Below, one piece after another: positions 53,737 through 64,000 of a stretch of DNA of 64,000 nucleotides (within the stretch, counting starts at the first letter, position 1; each line of letters begins with the position of its first letter). Source of the stretch: Octopus vulgaris (taxonomy: Eukaryota); assembly GCA_951406725.2 (NCBI GenBank), contig OX597827.1, positions 32,550,001 through 32,614,000 on the forward strand, given 5' to 3'. The notes beneath the pieces were generated by a model. The model did no database searches. It saw only the letters and a program-made list of their open reading frames with translations, and was not told where the DNA came from. A program made the position numbers and the translations under genes.

Positions 53737-53905
53737 ACTTATAAATTTAAAAAACTTTATATATATATATATGAAGCAATATATAATTGGTAGAGTGCAT
53801 TTCCTCTTATTGTAGAAACAGCTATAAGCTAATGAAGTTTATTGTATAATTTCTTGTTCCCTTGTCATTTATTCAATCTCTTATTACACTCTGTACTCGA
53901 CTAAG

Positions 53906-53953
<48 letters not shown>

Positions 53954-54138
53954 TTTAAGCATAGAGATACTGCGATACTAACAAGCTGATGTTAGAACTC
54001 AATATATATATGCCTTACAGAAAAACATTAGTCGAGTACAGAGTGTAATAAGAGATTGAATAAATGACAAGGGAACAAGAAATTATACAATAAACTTTAT
54101 TAGCTTATAGCTGTTTCTACAATAAGATGAAATGCATA

Positions 54139-54182
<44 letters not shown>

Positions 54183-54212
54183 GCAATATATAAAGTTTTT
54201 TAAATTTATAAG

Positions 54213-54215
<3 letters not shown>
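53737..54215. repeat. Inverted repeat (~105-bp near-perfect arms) among (TA)n
   Basis: 53797-53903 is the reverse complement of 54027-54137; aacttataaatttaaaaaacttt (53737) inverted at about 54194. Confidence 0.9.
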
Positions 54216-54252
<37 letters not shown>

Positions 54253-54758
54253 ACATATACACATATACACATACATATACATACATGCATATACGTTTAT
54301 ATACATACACAAACTCACATACGCACGAATACAGACACACACATATATACACATGTATCAATTTCTCATGCAGCTGTTATCATTGTACTCAACAGCTGTT
54401 TCATTAAGATAAGATCATTGAACGTATAATTACGCAACTGTGATACATAATTCATATCAATTAAATTATTTCGATTAAATCAAACTAAATTAAGTTTAAA
54501 CATTGTGTTTTCCCAAATCATTAGGAAAATTAATTAAACTTAAAAATGGAGGTATACATATATTTTGATGTTAATATATTAATTCTCTCGTCCTCTCCTT
54601 TCTCCCTCCCCCTCTCTCTCTTTTTACATATATATGTATGTATGTATGTGTATGATTATATATGTACATACACACACATACACACACACACATATATATA
54701 GGTATGTATGTATGTATGTATGTACGTATGTATGTGTATGTATATATATGTACATACA

Positions 54759-54813
<55 letters not shown>

Positions 54814-55189
54814 GTATGTATGTATGTATGTATGTATAATTACACTGACCAAAGTATATTCTTTATTTTAGACAATATAGAGGAATTTTAGTGAGGTATA
54901 GCTACTACTTCTAGCATGTAGAACAAGATTGGGAACGTTTGCCTTTTATTTATTTTTTTTCTTGTTTTTTGCTCCAGAGGCAACCTGACGGTACACAAAA
55001 TCCTTTGGAGGTAGATTTTTGTTGAGAAAAGAAATGAATGTTCATTTTACACATTCGTAGGTATCTGTCTTATATTAAACAACACGTAGTACTTGGTATT
55101 CAGGGGTTTATTCACACCTCATATAAATATAATCTCATAAATTCATTATATTTTGGACAAACTGTTTTAAGAAAAAAAGAAAGGTCCAA

Positions 55190-56000
55190 ACGCCGGTCCT
55201 CACTATCGTCAAGGATCCCTCTTGGTGAAAATACATCCTTAGCTTAGCCATGACAGCATTTCGAAGACTAGCTCTTCTCTTCAGTGCCAAGAAATATTTC
55301 AGCCCCTAACAACTGTTGGCAATCTACAAAGGTCAAGTGGAGCCCACAGTGGATTACTGCACCCATATCTGGGGCGGTGCTTCTGCTGCTACAAATAGAC
55401 GCCCTACGCCAGCGTTTCTCAACCGCCGCTCCCATGGCCGCACGTGACCCTCAAGTATCCTTCTGGCTGTCCTCAATGGTCTTCCCTCTATAAAAATAGT
55501 AAATTTTTCTTTAATTGGATTGTTTTACTTTTTTCGATACAGCCGCTTAAAAAAATCCAAGTGTCGGATCTGGCCTGGATATTAGAAAGGTTGAGAACCA
55601 CTGTCCAAGACTGTATTCAGGGAAAATCCCCTCAACTAATTGGCATTCAGTTATTTACGGTTACACAGGCGTGTTGTTCCCCTTCTCTGTCTTTTCTATA
55701 ATGGCCTCTGTCCCTACTGTAACGACTCCTGTTCCTAAGAGCTCCGACGCTCAGACACCACCTACTCTGTACCACTTGTCTCTCGGCCTCTTGATACCAT
55801 TAGAGAGCTTAACTACTTTTTCCCCGCATTAGCAACCATGCCCAATCTTTTCTCGCCAGAACATCGTCGATCCCTCTGGAATCTTTTCTCGCCAGAACAT
55901 CGTCGATCCCTCTGGAATCTTCTCCCTGCCTATACCTTGTCTTTCCTGCAGAGGTTAACTACAACGGATTAAACGCAACATCAACGGTAACAATCTTGTC
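55190..56000 (+). mobile_element. Degenerate L2/CR1-like LINE C-terminal region, interrupted by a MITE
   Basis: GPHY/LTIVKDPSW, KKYFSP*QLLAIYKGQVEPTVDYCTHIWGGAS, HRR..S..LFYNGLC; 36-bp tandem duplication at 55844-55915. Confidence 0.7.
55410..55603. mobile_element. hAT-like MITE
   Basis: TIRs CAGCGTTTCTCAACC / GGTTGAGAACCACTG. Confidence 0.7.
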
Positions 56001-56848
56001 AAGTTTTGGAGAGGTCACAAAGATTTTTGGAACGATCCCTTTCTCAAAACACAAATGATAAAAATATATAAGATTAAAAAGTTTTATCAGGAAATTGATT
56101 CCTTTGGATTTGTTGGGTCTAAAGAATTCAGAAGGTGGCTCAATTCGAGTTCATGAAAATGAGCAAAAAACAAACAAAACAAAACACAAAAGCGTAACCA
56201 AAATGTCTGTGGACTCCAAAAGTCATACAACTTATGACCTTCACCTTGAAAGGCAATCTTGTGGCCCACTTCAGCCCCTTAGATGCACACATATGCACAC
56301 ACGTATAAATACATACATACATACATACATACATACATACATACATACATACACACACACATACACACACATACATACATACATACATACATACATACAT
56401 ACATACATACATACATACACACGTATACATACATACACACACGCATACAAACATTGACACATACATACATGCATACACACAAGCATGCATACAAACGCAC
56501 TTCTATGCATACATACATATGTACATACGTACATGAATGCATACCTACATACTCACACGCATATATGAATGTACACATACATACACACACTCACAGATAC
56601 ACACCACACACACACGCACCTACACACATGCGTTCACTTTCATATATCAAGATTGTTTCGTTGTTTAAATTCTAAACAGACCCCCCCCCATTTTTTTTCT
56701 TTTGTTTCTCTTATATTGGTTTATGGAAATTCTAGCATCGCTTCCAAATTGTTGTGGGTGAGATTTCGCCCGCAGACGACTGCTTCCAACGTCCGGATGA
56801 CGAAAGCATCCGTGACGTCATTAAAACAGCTGTTAAACACACATCACA

Positions 56849-56923
<75 letters not shown>

Positions 56924-57324
56924 GCACACACATGCACAAACACACGTTCAGGCCTAGACCTCAAGCCTAAACGCTAAAATGTTTCAAGTAATCAAATTAT
57001 TATAATTGTTTTTGATCGTATCAAACGGGTTTTCTTTCTTTCTTTTTGAGACTTTATCAGTGGACGGACGATTTCATATGAACATGAGTGAGGGGCTCCT
57101 TATCCCACGGATCAGCTGTATGCAACACAGACACACACACACACATACACGCACACACATACGCACACGCACACACACATGTAGGAGTAGGCCTCTGAGT
57201 TTAAATGTAGAGTAACACGCACTTAGATGATCAAATACTTCTTTTTTCTTTCTTTTTTTTTCTGATTAATTAAGAAATTTCGAAAAAGAATTGACAATTT
57301 TAAATAGAATTTAGTGCTTGATTG

Positions 57325-57384
57325 AGTGTGTGTGTAAGATAGAGGGAGAGAGTAGGAGAGTGAAAGAGATAGAGTGAGAGAGAG

Positions 57385-57419
<35 letters not shown>

Positions 57420-57446
57420 AAGAGATAGAGAGAGACTGTGTATGTA

Positions 57447-57482
<36 letters not shown>

Positions 57483-57964
57483 TGTGTGTGTGTGTGTGTG
57501 TAAGAGATAGAGGGAGAGTGTGTATGTATGTAAGAAAGAGAGAGAGAGTGAGAGAGAGAGATAGTGGGAGAGATAGTGTGTGTGTGTGTAAGAGAGAGTG
57601 TGTGTGTATGTGTGTGTGCAAGAGAGAGAGAGTGTGTGTGTGTGTGTTTAAAAGAGGGAGAGTGAGAGAGAGAAAAAGTGAGAGAAAGAGAGAGAAAGTG
57701 TGTGTGGGTGTGTGTAAGAGAGAGAGACTGAGAGAGAAAGTGTGTGTGTATGTGTGTGTGTGTGTAAGAGAGAGAGTGTGTGTGTGTGTGTAAAAGAGAA
57801 AGAGTGAGAGAGAGAAAGTGAGAGAAAGAGAGAGAAAGTGTGTGTAAGAGAGAGAGACTGAGAGAGAGTGTGTGTATGTGTGTGTGTGTAAGAGAGAGAG
57901 TGTGTGTGTGTAAGAGAGATAGAGAGTGTGTGTGTGTAAGAGAGAGAGAGACTGAGAGAGAGAG

Positions 57965-58006
<42 letters not shown>

Positions 58007-58010
58007 AACG
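57325..58010. repeat. (GA)n/(GT)n higher-order microsatellite array
   Basis: Repeating (GT)n-AA-(GA)n blocks. Confidence 0.9.
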
Positions 58011-59257
58011 TGTACGATGTGGGTGAATGTGTGTTTCTTTAAATATTTCAGTGCGTGTGTGTCTATGTAAGTGGTTGTGCTAATGTGTGTATGTGAGCAC
58101 GTGTGTGTTTATGTGTGTAATTGAGTGTGTATATGTGAAAGTAGTTGAGCTAAAGTGTATGTGTGTGTAAGTGGTTGAATTAGTGTGCTGCCTGTGTGTG
58201 TGCGTGTGTCTGTTAGTTAGTGTGTGTGTGTGTAAATATTTCAGTTTATTAAACTGTGAGTAGGTGGGTTGAATGTGTGAGAGAGAAAGAGATAAAGAGC
58301 GAGAAGTGTGTGAGAGAGAGAGAGTGTGTGTGTGTGTGTATGTTCGTGCGCGTGTGCGCGCGCCTGTATTTGAGTGCTTCAGTTAGTATGCCTGTGTATA
58401 AGTGTTTCTGTAGATGAGTGTGTTCGTGTAAGTCTGTGTATGTAGGAGGTTGAATGTGTGTGCTAGTGAGTATGTATGTATGTATGTATGTATGTATGTA
58501 TGTATGTATGTATGTGTGTGTATGTATGTATGTATTATGTGTGCGTGAGTGTGAATGTAGGTGGCGGGGGTGTCTGAATAAATTTTGCTTCTTCAAACCA
58601 CTCATGTTCTCTCTCACATTCTCCACCCTGCTCTCATCCCTCTCCTTCTCCCACTCACTTTCTCTCTCTCACCCTCTCTCTCTCTCTTCTTCTCACTCTC
58701 TTTTTCTCCCCCTCTCTCTTTCTCCCCTCCACACTCTCTCCCTTTCTCTCCATTTAAGATATTTCATGTTTTGACAATTTGTGAATACACGTGCATGTTT
58801 GTGCCAATGTATGACAGTCTGTATGTGTGTGTGTGTATGTGTGTGTGTGCGTGTGTGCGTGTGTGCGTGTGTGTATGTGTGAGTGTGTGTGTGTGTAAGG
58901 GTAAAGAGTGTGAATGAGTGTGTGTGAGTATGTGCTTACATCTCTTCGTGTGTGTATGGATATGTGCGTATGCTCGATCTAGAGAGTGCATATATATATA
59001 TGTGTGTGTGTGTATGTGTGTGTGTGCGCGTGTGTGTGTGTACATGTGTGTGTATACGTGTGTGTGTGTGAGTGAATGTGTACGTGTGTGTGAGTGAATG
59101 TGTACGTGTGTGTGAGTGAATGTGTACGTGTGTGTGTGCGTGTGGGTGTGAACTAAGTCACTTTTCTTCTTCAATATACCCCCATTCACCCTACCACCCT
59201 TCCTCCCTCACTTCCTCGCCCTCTTCTCTTCTCTTCTCTCCTTCCCTCTTCTCTCCT

Positions 59258-59306
<49 letters not shown>

Positions 59307-59633
59307 TCTTAAGATTTGCGTTGCGTATCTAATCTGATTTCTCCGTGATTATTAGTGAGATGTCGGACTTAAGAAAATTGTATCTTCCTATTAAATTGTG
59401 AAATTTACTTTTTGGTAACGCATAAAAGTAAGTTCCTTAAATATCATTCCAATCAGAGTGGACAATGATCAGTCCAGTAACAGGCGTGCGACACACCTGG
59501 AGGCACATGAACCTGTGTTTTCGAGGGCAGTGGAAATATTCAAACGGCTCGGGTCTTCGAGCTAAAGTTCCGATTCGAACATATTTGGAATTGTTTGACT
59601 TCAGTTGAACAACTCTTATTGTATTTACAATTA

Positions 59634-60198
59634 TTGGGTTGTCCGGAAAGTTCGTACCGATTTTTAAAGGAAAGAAAAAGGTCAATAAATACTTGCCATT
59701 ACATTTTCAATCAACCAAATATGAACCGTTTTGTTGCACAATGCGTTTCCACCTTTCCTTTAACTTGAAAATACCCTCTTCCCAGAATTGAGGTGGTTTC
59801 ATGGCAAAGAATTCATCAAGGTATATTTTTACGTCATCCAAGGAATTGAAATTTTTACCATTCAGACTATTCTGCAGAGACCTGAATAAGGGGAAATCCG
59901 AAGGAGCAACACCTGGTGAATATGGAGGGTGGGGTAACACATCCCAACCGAGCTGCAGCAATTTTGCCTGGTTCCCAAAGCATCAAGTGCCAAAAATGAA
60001 CTTTCTTATCTTCCATTTTAAAGCGTAACGGAATTAACACAGGTTATAGGAACATAAACCTTCTTCCACGAAAAGATAGCTTGAAATGTGTTCTAAATGG
60101 AAGTGTAGTCAAATCCTATTTTATGGACTCAACCATGTTATAAAATAAGTCGAAAGGTATACTACTATAAATCGGCACGAACTTTCCGGACAACCCAA
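59634..60198 (-). mobile_element. Internally deleted mariner (second family)
   Basis: TIRs TTGGGTTGTCCGGAAAGTTCGT.CCGATTT on both ends with TA flanks; N-terminal MEDKKVHF fused to QLGWDVLPHPPYSPGVAPSDFPLFRSLQN...GSYLVD*. Confidence 0.93.
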
Positions 60199-60282
60199 TA
60201 GTTTATCACAATATAGGCGCATGCGTGTCTTGGTGGTAAGAAGTTAGTCCCACAGCGTGACACCTTGGACAAGTCTCTTCTA

Positions 60283-61519
60283 TTGTGTTGTCAACTAAGT
60301 TCCCGCCGTTTTTTTTAAATTTTAGAATTTATTTCGTTTTTAAATTTTGGAATCTACTTTTTTCGAGAATTCTATTTTTGAATCATTTTGAAATCTTTTT
60401 TTTTTCTAGTTAATTTTAGTTAATTTTTGTTTATTTTCAGATCATTAAAATGGAATGTCAAGTTAAAAAAAACGAGCATTTTCGACACCTCCTTCTTTTT
60501 GCTTTTAATCAAGGTTCTAAGGCCGCAAAAGCTGCTGCTTGCGACATTTGTGCTGTGCATGGAGAGGGTGCCATAGCTGAAAGAACCGCTCGTGATTGGT
60601 ATGCCAAGTTCAAAAATGGAAATTTTGACCTCAAAGACACACCTCGTTCTGGCCGTCCATTTGAGTTTGAGGAAGAGCGATTAAACCAACTTTTGCACGA
60701 AAATTCTCATGCTTCCACACTGCTTTAGAGAAACATCTTCACTCGATGGGAAAGGTTCAGAGGTATGGAGCATCGGTTCCGCATGCTTTAAGTGACAACA
60801 AAAATCAACGAACCGCAATCTCCGCTGGTTTGCTTGCTCGTCACCGCTCAACTCGTGGACACAAGCAACGATTTCTTTACCGAATCGTTACTGGCGACAA
60901 AAAATGGTGCCTATAAATCAATATGAATCAGCGCAAGGAATGGCTTAACCCCGGTGAACAAGCGACACCGCGCGTGAAACAAGATCTCCATCCGCGTAAA
61001 ACGATGTTGTGCATATGGTGGGACTGGGAAAGGGTTATCCATTACGAATTACTGGAACGGAACTAAACGGTCAACGCGGAACTCTATGTTCAGCAGATGG
61101 AACGACTCGGCAGCATGAAGTTCTTCTGCTGCACGACAACGCCCGCCTTCATATCGCCAACATGACCAAGGAAGCCATTCAAATGCATGGTTGGGAAGTG
61201 CTGCCACACCCGCCGTACTTTCCTGATTTGGCACCAACGGATTTCCGCTTCTTTCGATCTCTTTCAAATGGTAAGCGCGGAGTTTCGTTCAATACTGATG
61301 CAGAATTGAGAGCTTGGTTGGATCAATTTTACGAGTCGAAATCGGGTGATTTCTACCAACGAGGTATTGAAAATCTTGTTGAACGTTGGGAAGAAGTTTT
61401 AAACAACAAGTTTTAAACGACATTATTGATTAATTAGTTATTTTTAATAAACCTTTTAAAATATTTAAATTTAAAAAATTTAAATTTAAAAAACGGTGGG
61501 AACTTAATTGCCAACCTAA
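60283..61519 (+). mobile_element. Mariner (DD34D) transposon, same family as 29021-30275, inserted into a SINE B
   Basis: TIRs with TA flanks; MECQVKKNEHFRHLLLFAFNQG, VTGDKKW, LLHDNARLH, HPPYFPDLAPTDF; SINE B halves at 60215-60282 and 61522-61825. Confidence 0.95.
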
Positions 61520-61989
61520 TAAAAAAAGCCTCGGGCCGCCAAAGTCTTGTGAGTAGATTTGGTAGACAGCTATCCGTCTTGTATGTGTGTACGTGTGTGT
61601 ACATGCTTGCGCGCGCGTTTGTGAATGTGTTTGTCCCCCACCACCACTTGACAACCTGTGTTGGTGTGTTTACGTCTCCGTAAGCTAGCGGTTCGGCAAG
61701 AGACCAATAGAATAAGTACAGGCTTTAAACACTATGCATACTGGCGTCAATGTGTTCGACTAACATTGTTTAAGGTGTTGCCCCAGCATGACCGCAATCT
61801 AATGACCGAAACAAGTAAAAGAATCCTCCACTAAATCTTCTCTCAAAATTTTGGTCACCCCGGGGCCATAGTAGGAGACAGTTGCCCATGGTTGCCCTTG
61901 AACCTGGAACCAGTTTCTTACCACACAGCCACGCCTTCGTAAATGAAATATTTTCGGAAACAAAAAAAAAAATGATCAAATATAATATC

Positions 61990-62160
61990 CTTTCTTTCAT
62001 AGACACAAGATCTGAAATTCTCATGGGTAGGGGTCTAGTTGATTGCATCGACCCCAGTACTCGAGTGGTATTTATTTTATCAAGTCTGTAAGGATAAATG
62101 GCAAAGTCGACCTCGGTGAAATTTGAACTCAGAGAATAAAACCGGAAGAAATGCTGCTAT
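61990..62160 (-). mobile_element. SINE family A, diverged
   Basis: atcgaccccagtac...ggcaaagtcgacctcggtgaaatttgaactcag. Confidence 0.75.
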
Positions 62161-62299
62161 CATTACATCAAATGTAATCTCAAAGTTTATATAAAGACCA
62201 CACCCTCTCTTCATAAAAAAAACGACTAGAGACAAAAAAAATGAAAGAAAGAAAAAACTGAAGAGAAAACTTGACTGGAAGTAAACGGAGTTTGTTTAG

Positions 62300-63600
62300 T
62301 GATTGGTATCAGAGAAACCCTTACCATGTTAGAGCGCCAGATTCTGACTGATCTTCAGATAAACTATGTTGCAAGTAATGGGGTCAGTGGTAATGAAAAG
62401 CTTTACTACGATGAAGAGGGAAGCGTGTATCAACATCGTGTTCAGTGTCAAGTTACAGACCGGCTGAAAGACATTCTGAGCACAGACAATCCCTTTCGGG
62501 AAACCGATACAGACTTGGGCAACACGAGACCAAAGCTTCTCAAACATTTTTAACTCTTCCTCCTGTGTTCTTTTACTAACACTTTTTCAACACTTTGTAG
62601 CAACAATTTTTTACCGTGGCAGCAGCATTGGTGAGGTCACCATGCAGCTAAGATCCCCTTTCACTGAATGGGATTACAGCAAAGAGATTGGCCGCTTGTA
62701 TGCTAGATGATAAAGAAGTTATTGTTGAATGCCATTCTGAACCTGAGAAATGCTTTGAAAGAAATTAATAGAGATGACCTGAATAATACCAGACAAGTGA
62801 CTCTCAAACGTTTTCCGGGACATGTCGAACTTAGTAAAATTTAATTTCCATTTTAAATTGGTGTAGAGTATACTTTTTAGAAACACATTAAAAGTAAAGT
62901 CCTTAATTATCCTTTGAACTAGAGTGGACAATGGTCAGTCCAATTAACGCTTCCTTTTTCTTCTTTCACTAACACTTTTTCAATGCTTCCTCACTACGAT
63001 TCGACAAAAAATTGCTACGGACAAGTTGAAAAACCAATAACCTTTAAACCGGCGAGTACGCTTTAGCGGGTGCGAAATATATTTGATTATATCTTTGGAA
63101 GATACAAAAAGCGGGAGACCACATAGTTTTGTGTTTATGTCTTGCTAAATGGCAGAAGCAACGTCATTTTCAGCCGTAAACATAAAACGCATTTGGCAGC
63201 TCACTTTTGCGTTTTGCTAGGGGTTGAGTGACACAAAATCGTGCCCGTCAAAGCATACCTGCAGGCTAAAAAAAGATTGAGATTCCTTGCTCTCGAGTAA
63301 TTTCATTAATATAATATGGAATGTGAAGAACATAAAAGAGCACATGAGAGGCGTCACTTGTCCGTTGAGTCAAGTAGCTTCACTTGCAACAGATGTCATT
63401 GCTGCTACAGGTCAAGACCAGGCCTTGTAGTCCACTTTGGAGCCTGCCAGAGATGATTACTGTACAAGAACAGACAGTGTCGACCGACAGCTGACTGCCG
63501 AAGGAGAATCTGGAATGTGAAAAATTCCAACCACTAAATATTATCAGATGATTCTCACATAGAATAAAATTTGATAACATTTTTGCTTTTTTAAATTAGA
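62300..63600 (-). mobile_element. Very old LINE relic (APE endonuclease end and linker, I/Ingi-like)
   Basis: Minus pieces LCENHLIIFSG..SQLSVDTVCS, TDHCPL, KWKLNFTKFD, AAW*, RRKS*, ITTDPITCN; 62810-62940 is homologous to 59340-59475. Confidence 0.4.
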
Positions 63601-64000
63601 GTAATTAAAAGATGTATTTATCACCTCTCAACCCACATCCTGGTCCCTCAAAAATCCTTACAAAATTTTCCACCATGTTCCAGGGAACAGTACTGTTCGC
63701 ATTGAGAAGCACTGATTTGATTGATTAAAGTGTGTTGAGGGATTTGGGGTAAATGTCAGTATTTTAGAATCCAGAGTATAAGAACAATATGTGAACTCCC
63801 AGAGGCAAGTACTTTTCCAAAACAAAAATCTCAACGGAAGCGACATCATCACTTGATAATAAAAAAAATTGCAAAACACAAGCATCGTACTTGAATGGGC
63901 AGGAATTTGTTGCAGTGGACAGCAGAAGTGAAGCTGGTCACTCACAGAGTGCAGAGGCGCTGTTTTTTAAATCAGTAATTCTCAACCGGGTTTACATGTA

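Noticed and set aside
56790-56812. Hairpin CGGATG-ACGAAAG-CATCCG as a ribozyme core
   Set aside because: No CUGA box in the correct position; a single short hairpin is expected by chance.
62299-62553. 84-aa + strand ORF after a TTTAG, initially attractive as a terminal exon
   Set aside because: The opposite strand shows LINE linker motifs continuous with 62560-63600, so it may be an antisense ORF of a relic. The acceptor tract is weak and I recognise no homology. Not fully excluded.

Overview
Eukaryotic, AT-rich, extremely microsatellite- and transposon-rich DNA with no intact protein-coding gene that I can recognise. The SINE families and the (TA)/(CA)/(TATG)/(AAT)/(CTAT) density suggest an octopus (coleoid cephalopod) intronic or intergenic region; this is an inference from recall. 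Almost all ORFs in the supplied track are microsatellite translations. Real coding remnants are all transposon-derived: two near full-length DD34D mariners plus deleted mariner derivatives, a Tigger/pogo element, CR1/L2-like LINE pieces, an RTE 3' end with three C2H2-like fingers, a Dong/R4-like 3' end, and Penelope-like (PLE) fragments. There are also Helitron/Helentron-like and hAT/piggyBac-like non-autonomous elements and four tRNA-derived SINE families. The most interesting signals are: (i) a head-to-head pair of tRNA-headed SINEs whose tails carry complementary halves of a hammerhead-ribozyme core (53.0-53.6 kb); (ii) a young ~1.6 kb palindrome built from a 483-bp tandem unit with PLE-like features (21.9-23.5 kb); (iii) scattered hammerhead-like cores next to microsatellites; (iv) an old fold-back element split by a SINE; (v) a few weak candidate + strand exons. 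Coordinates of degenerate elements are approximate, and all alignments were made by eye.
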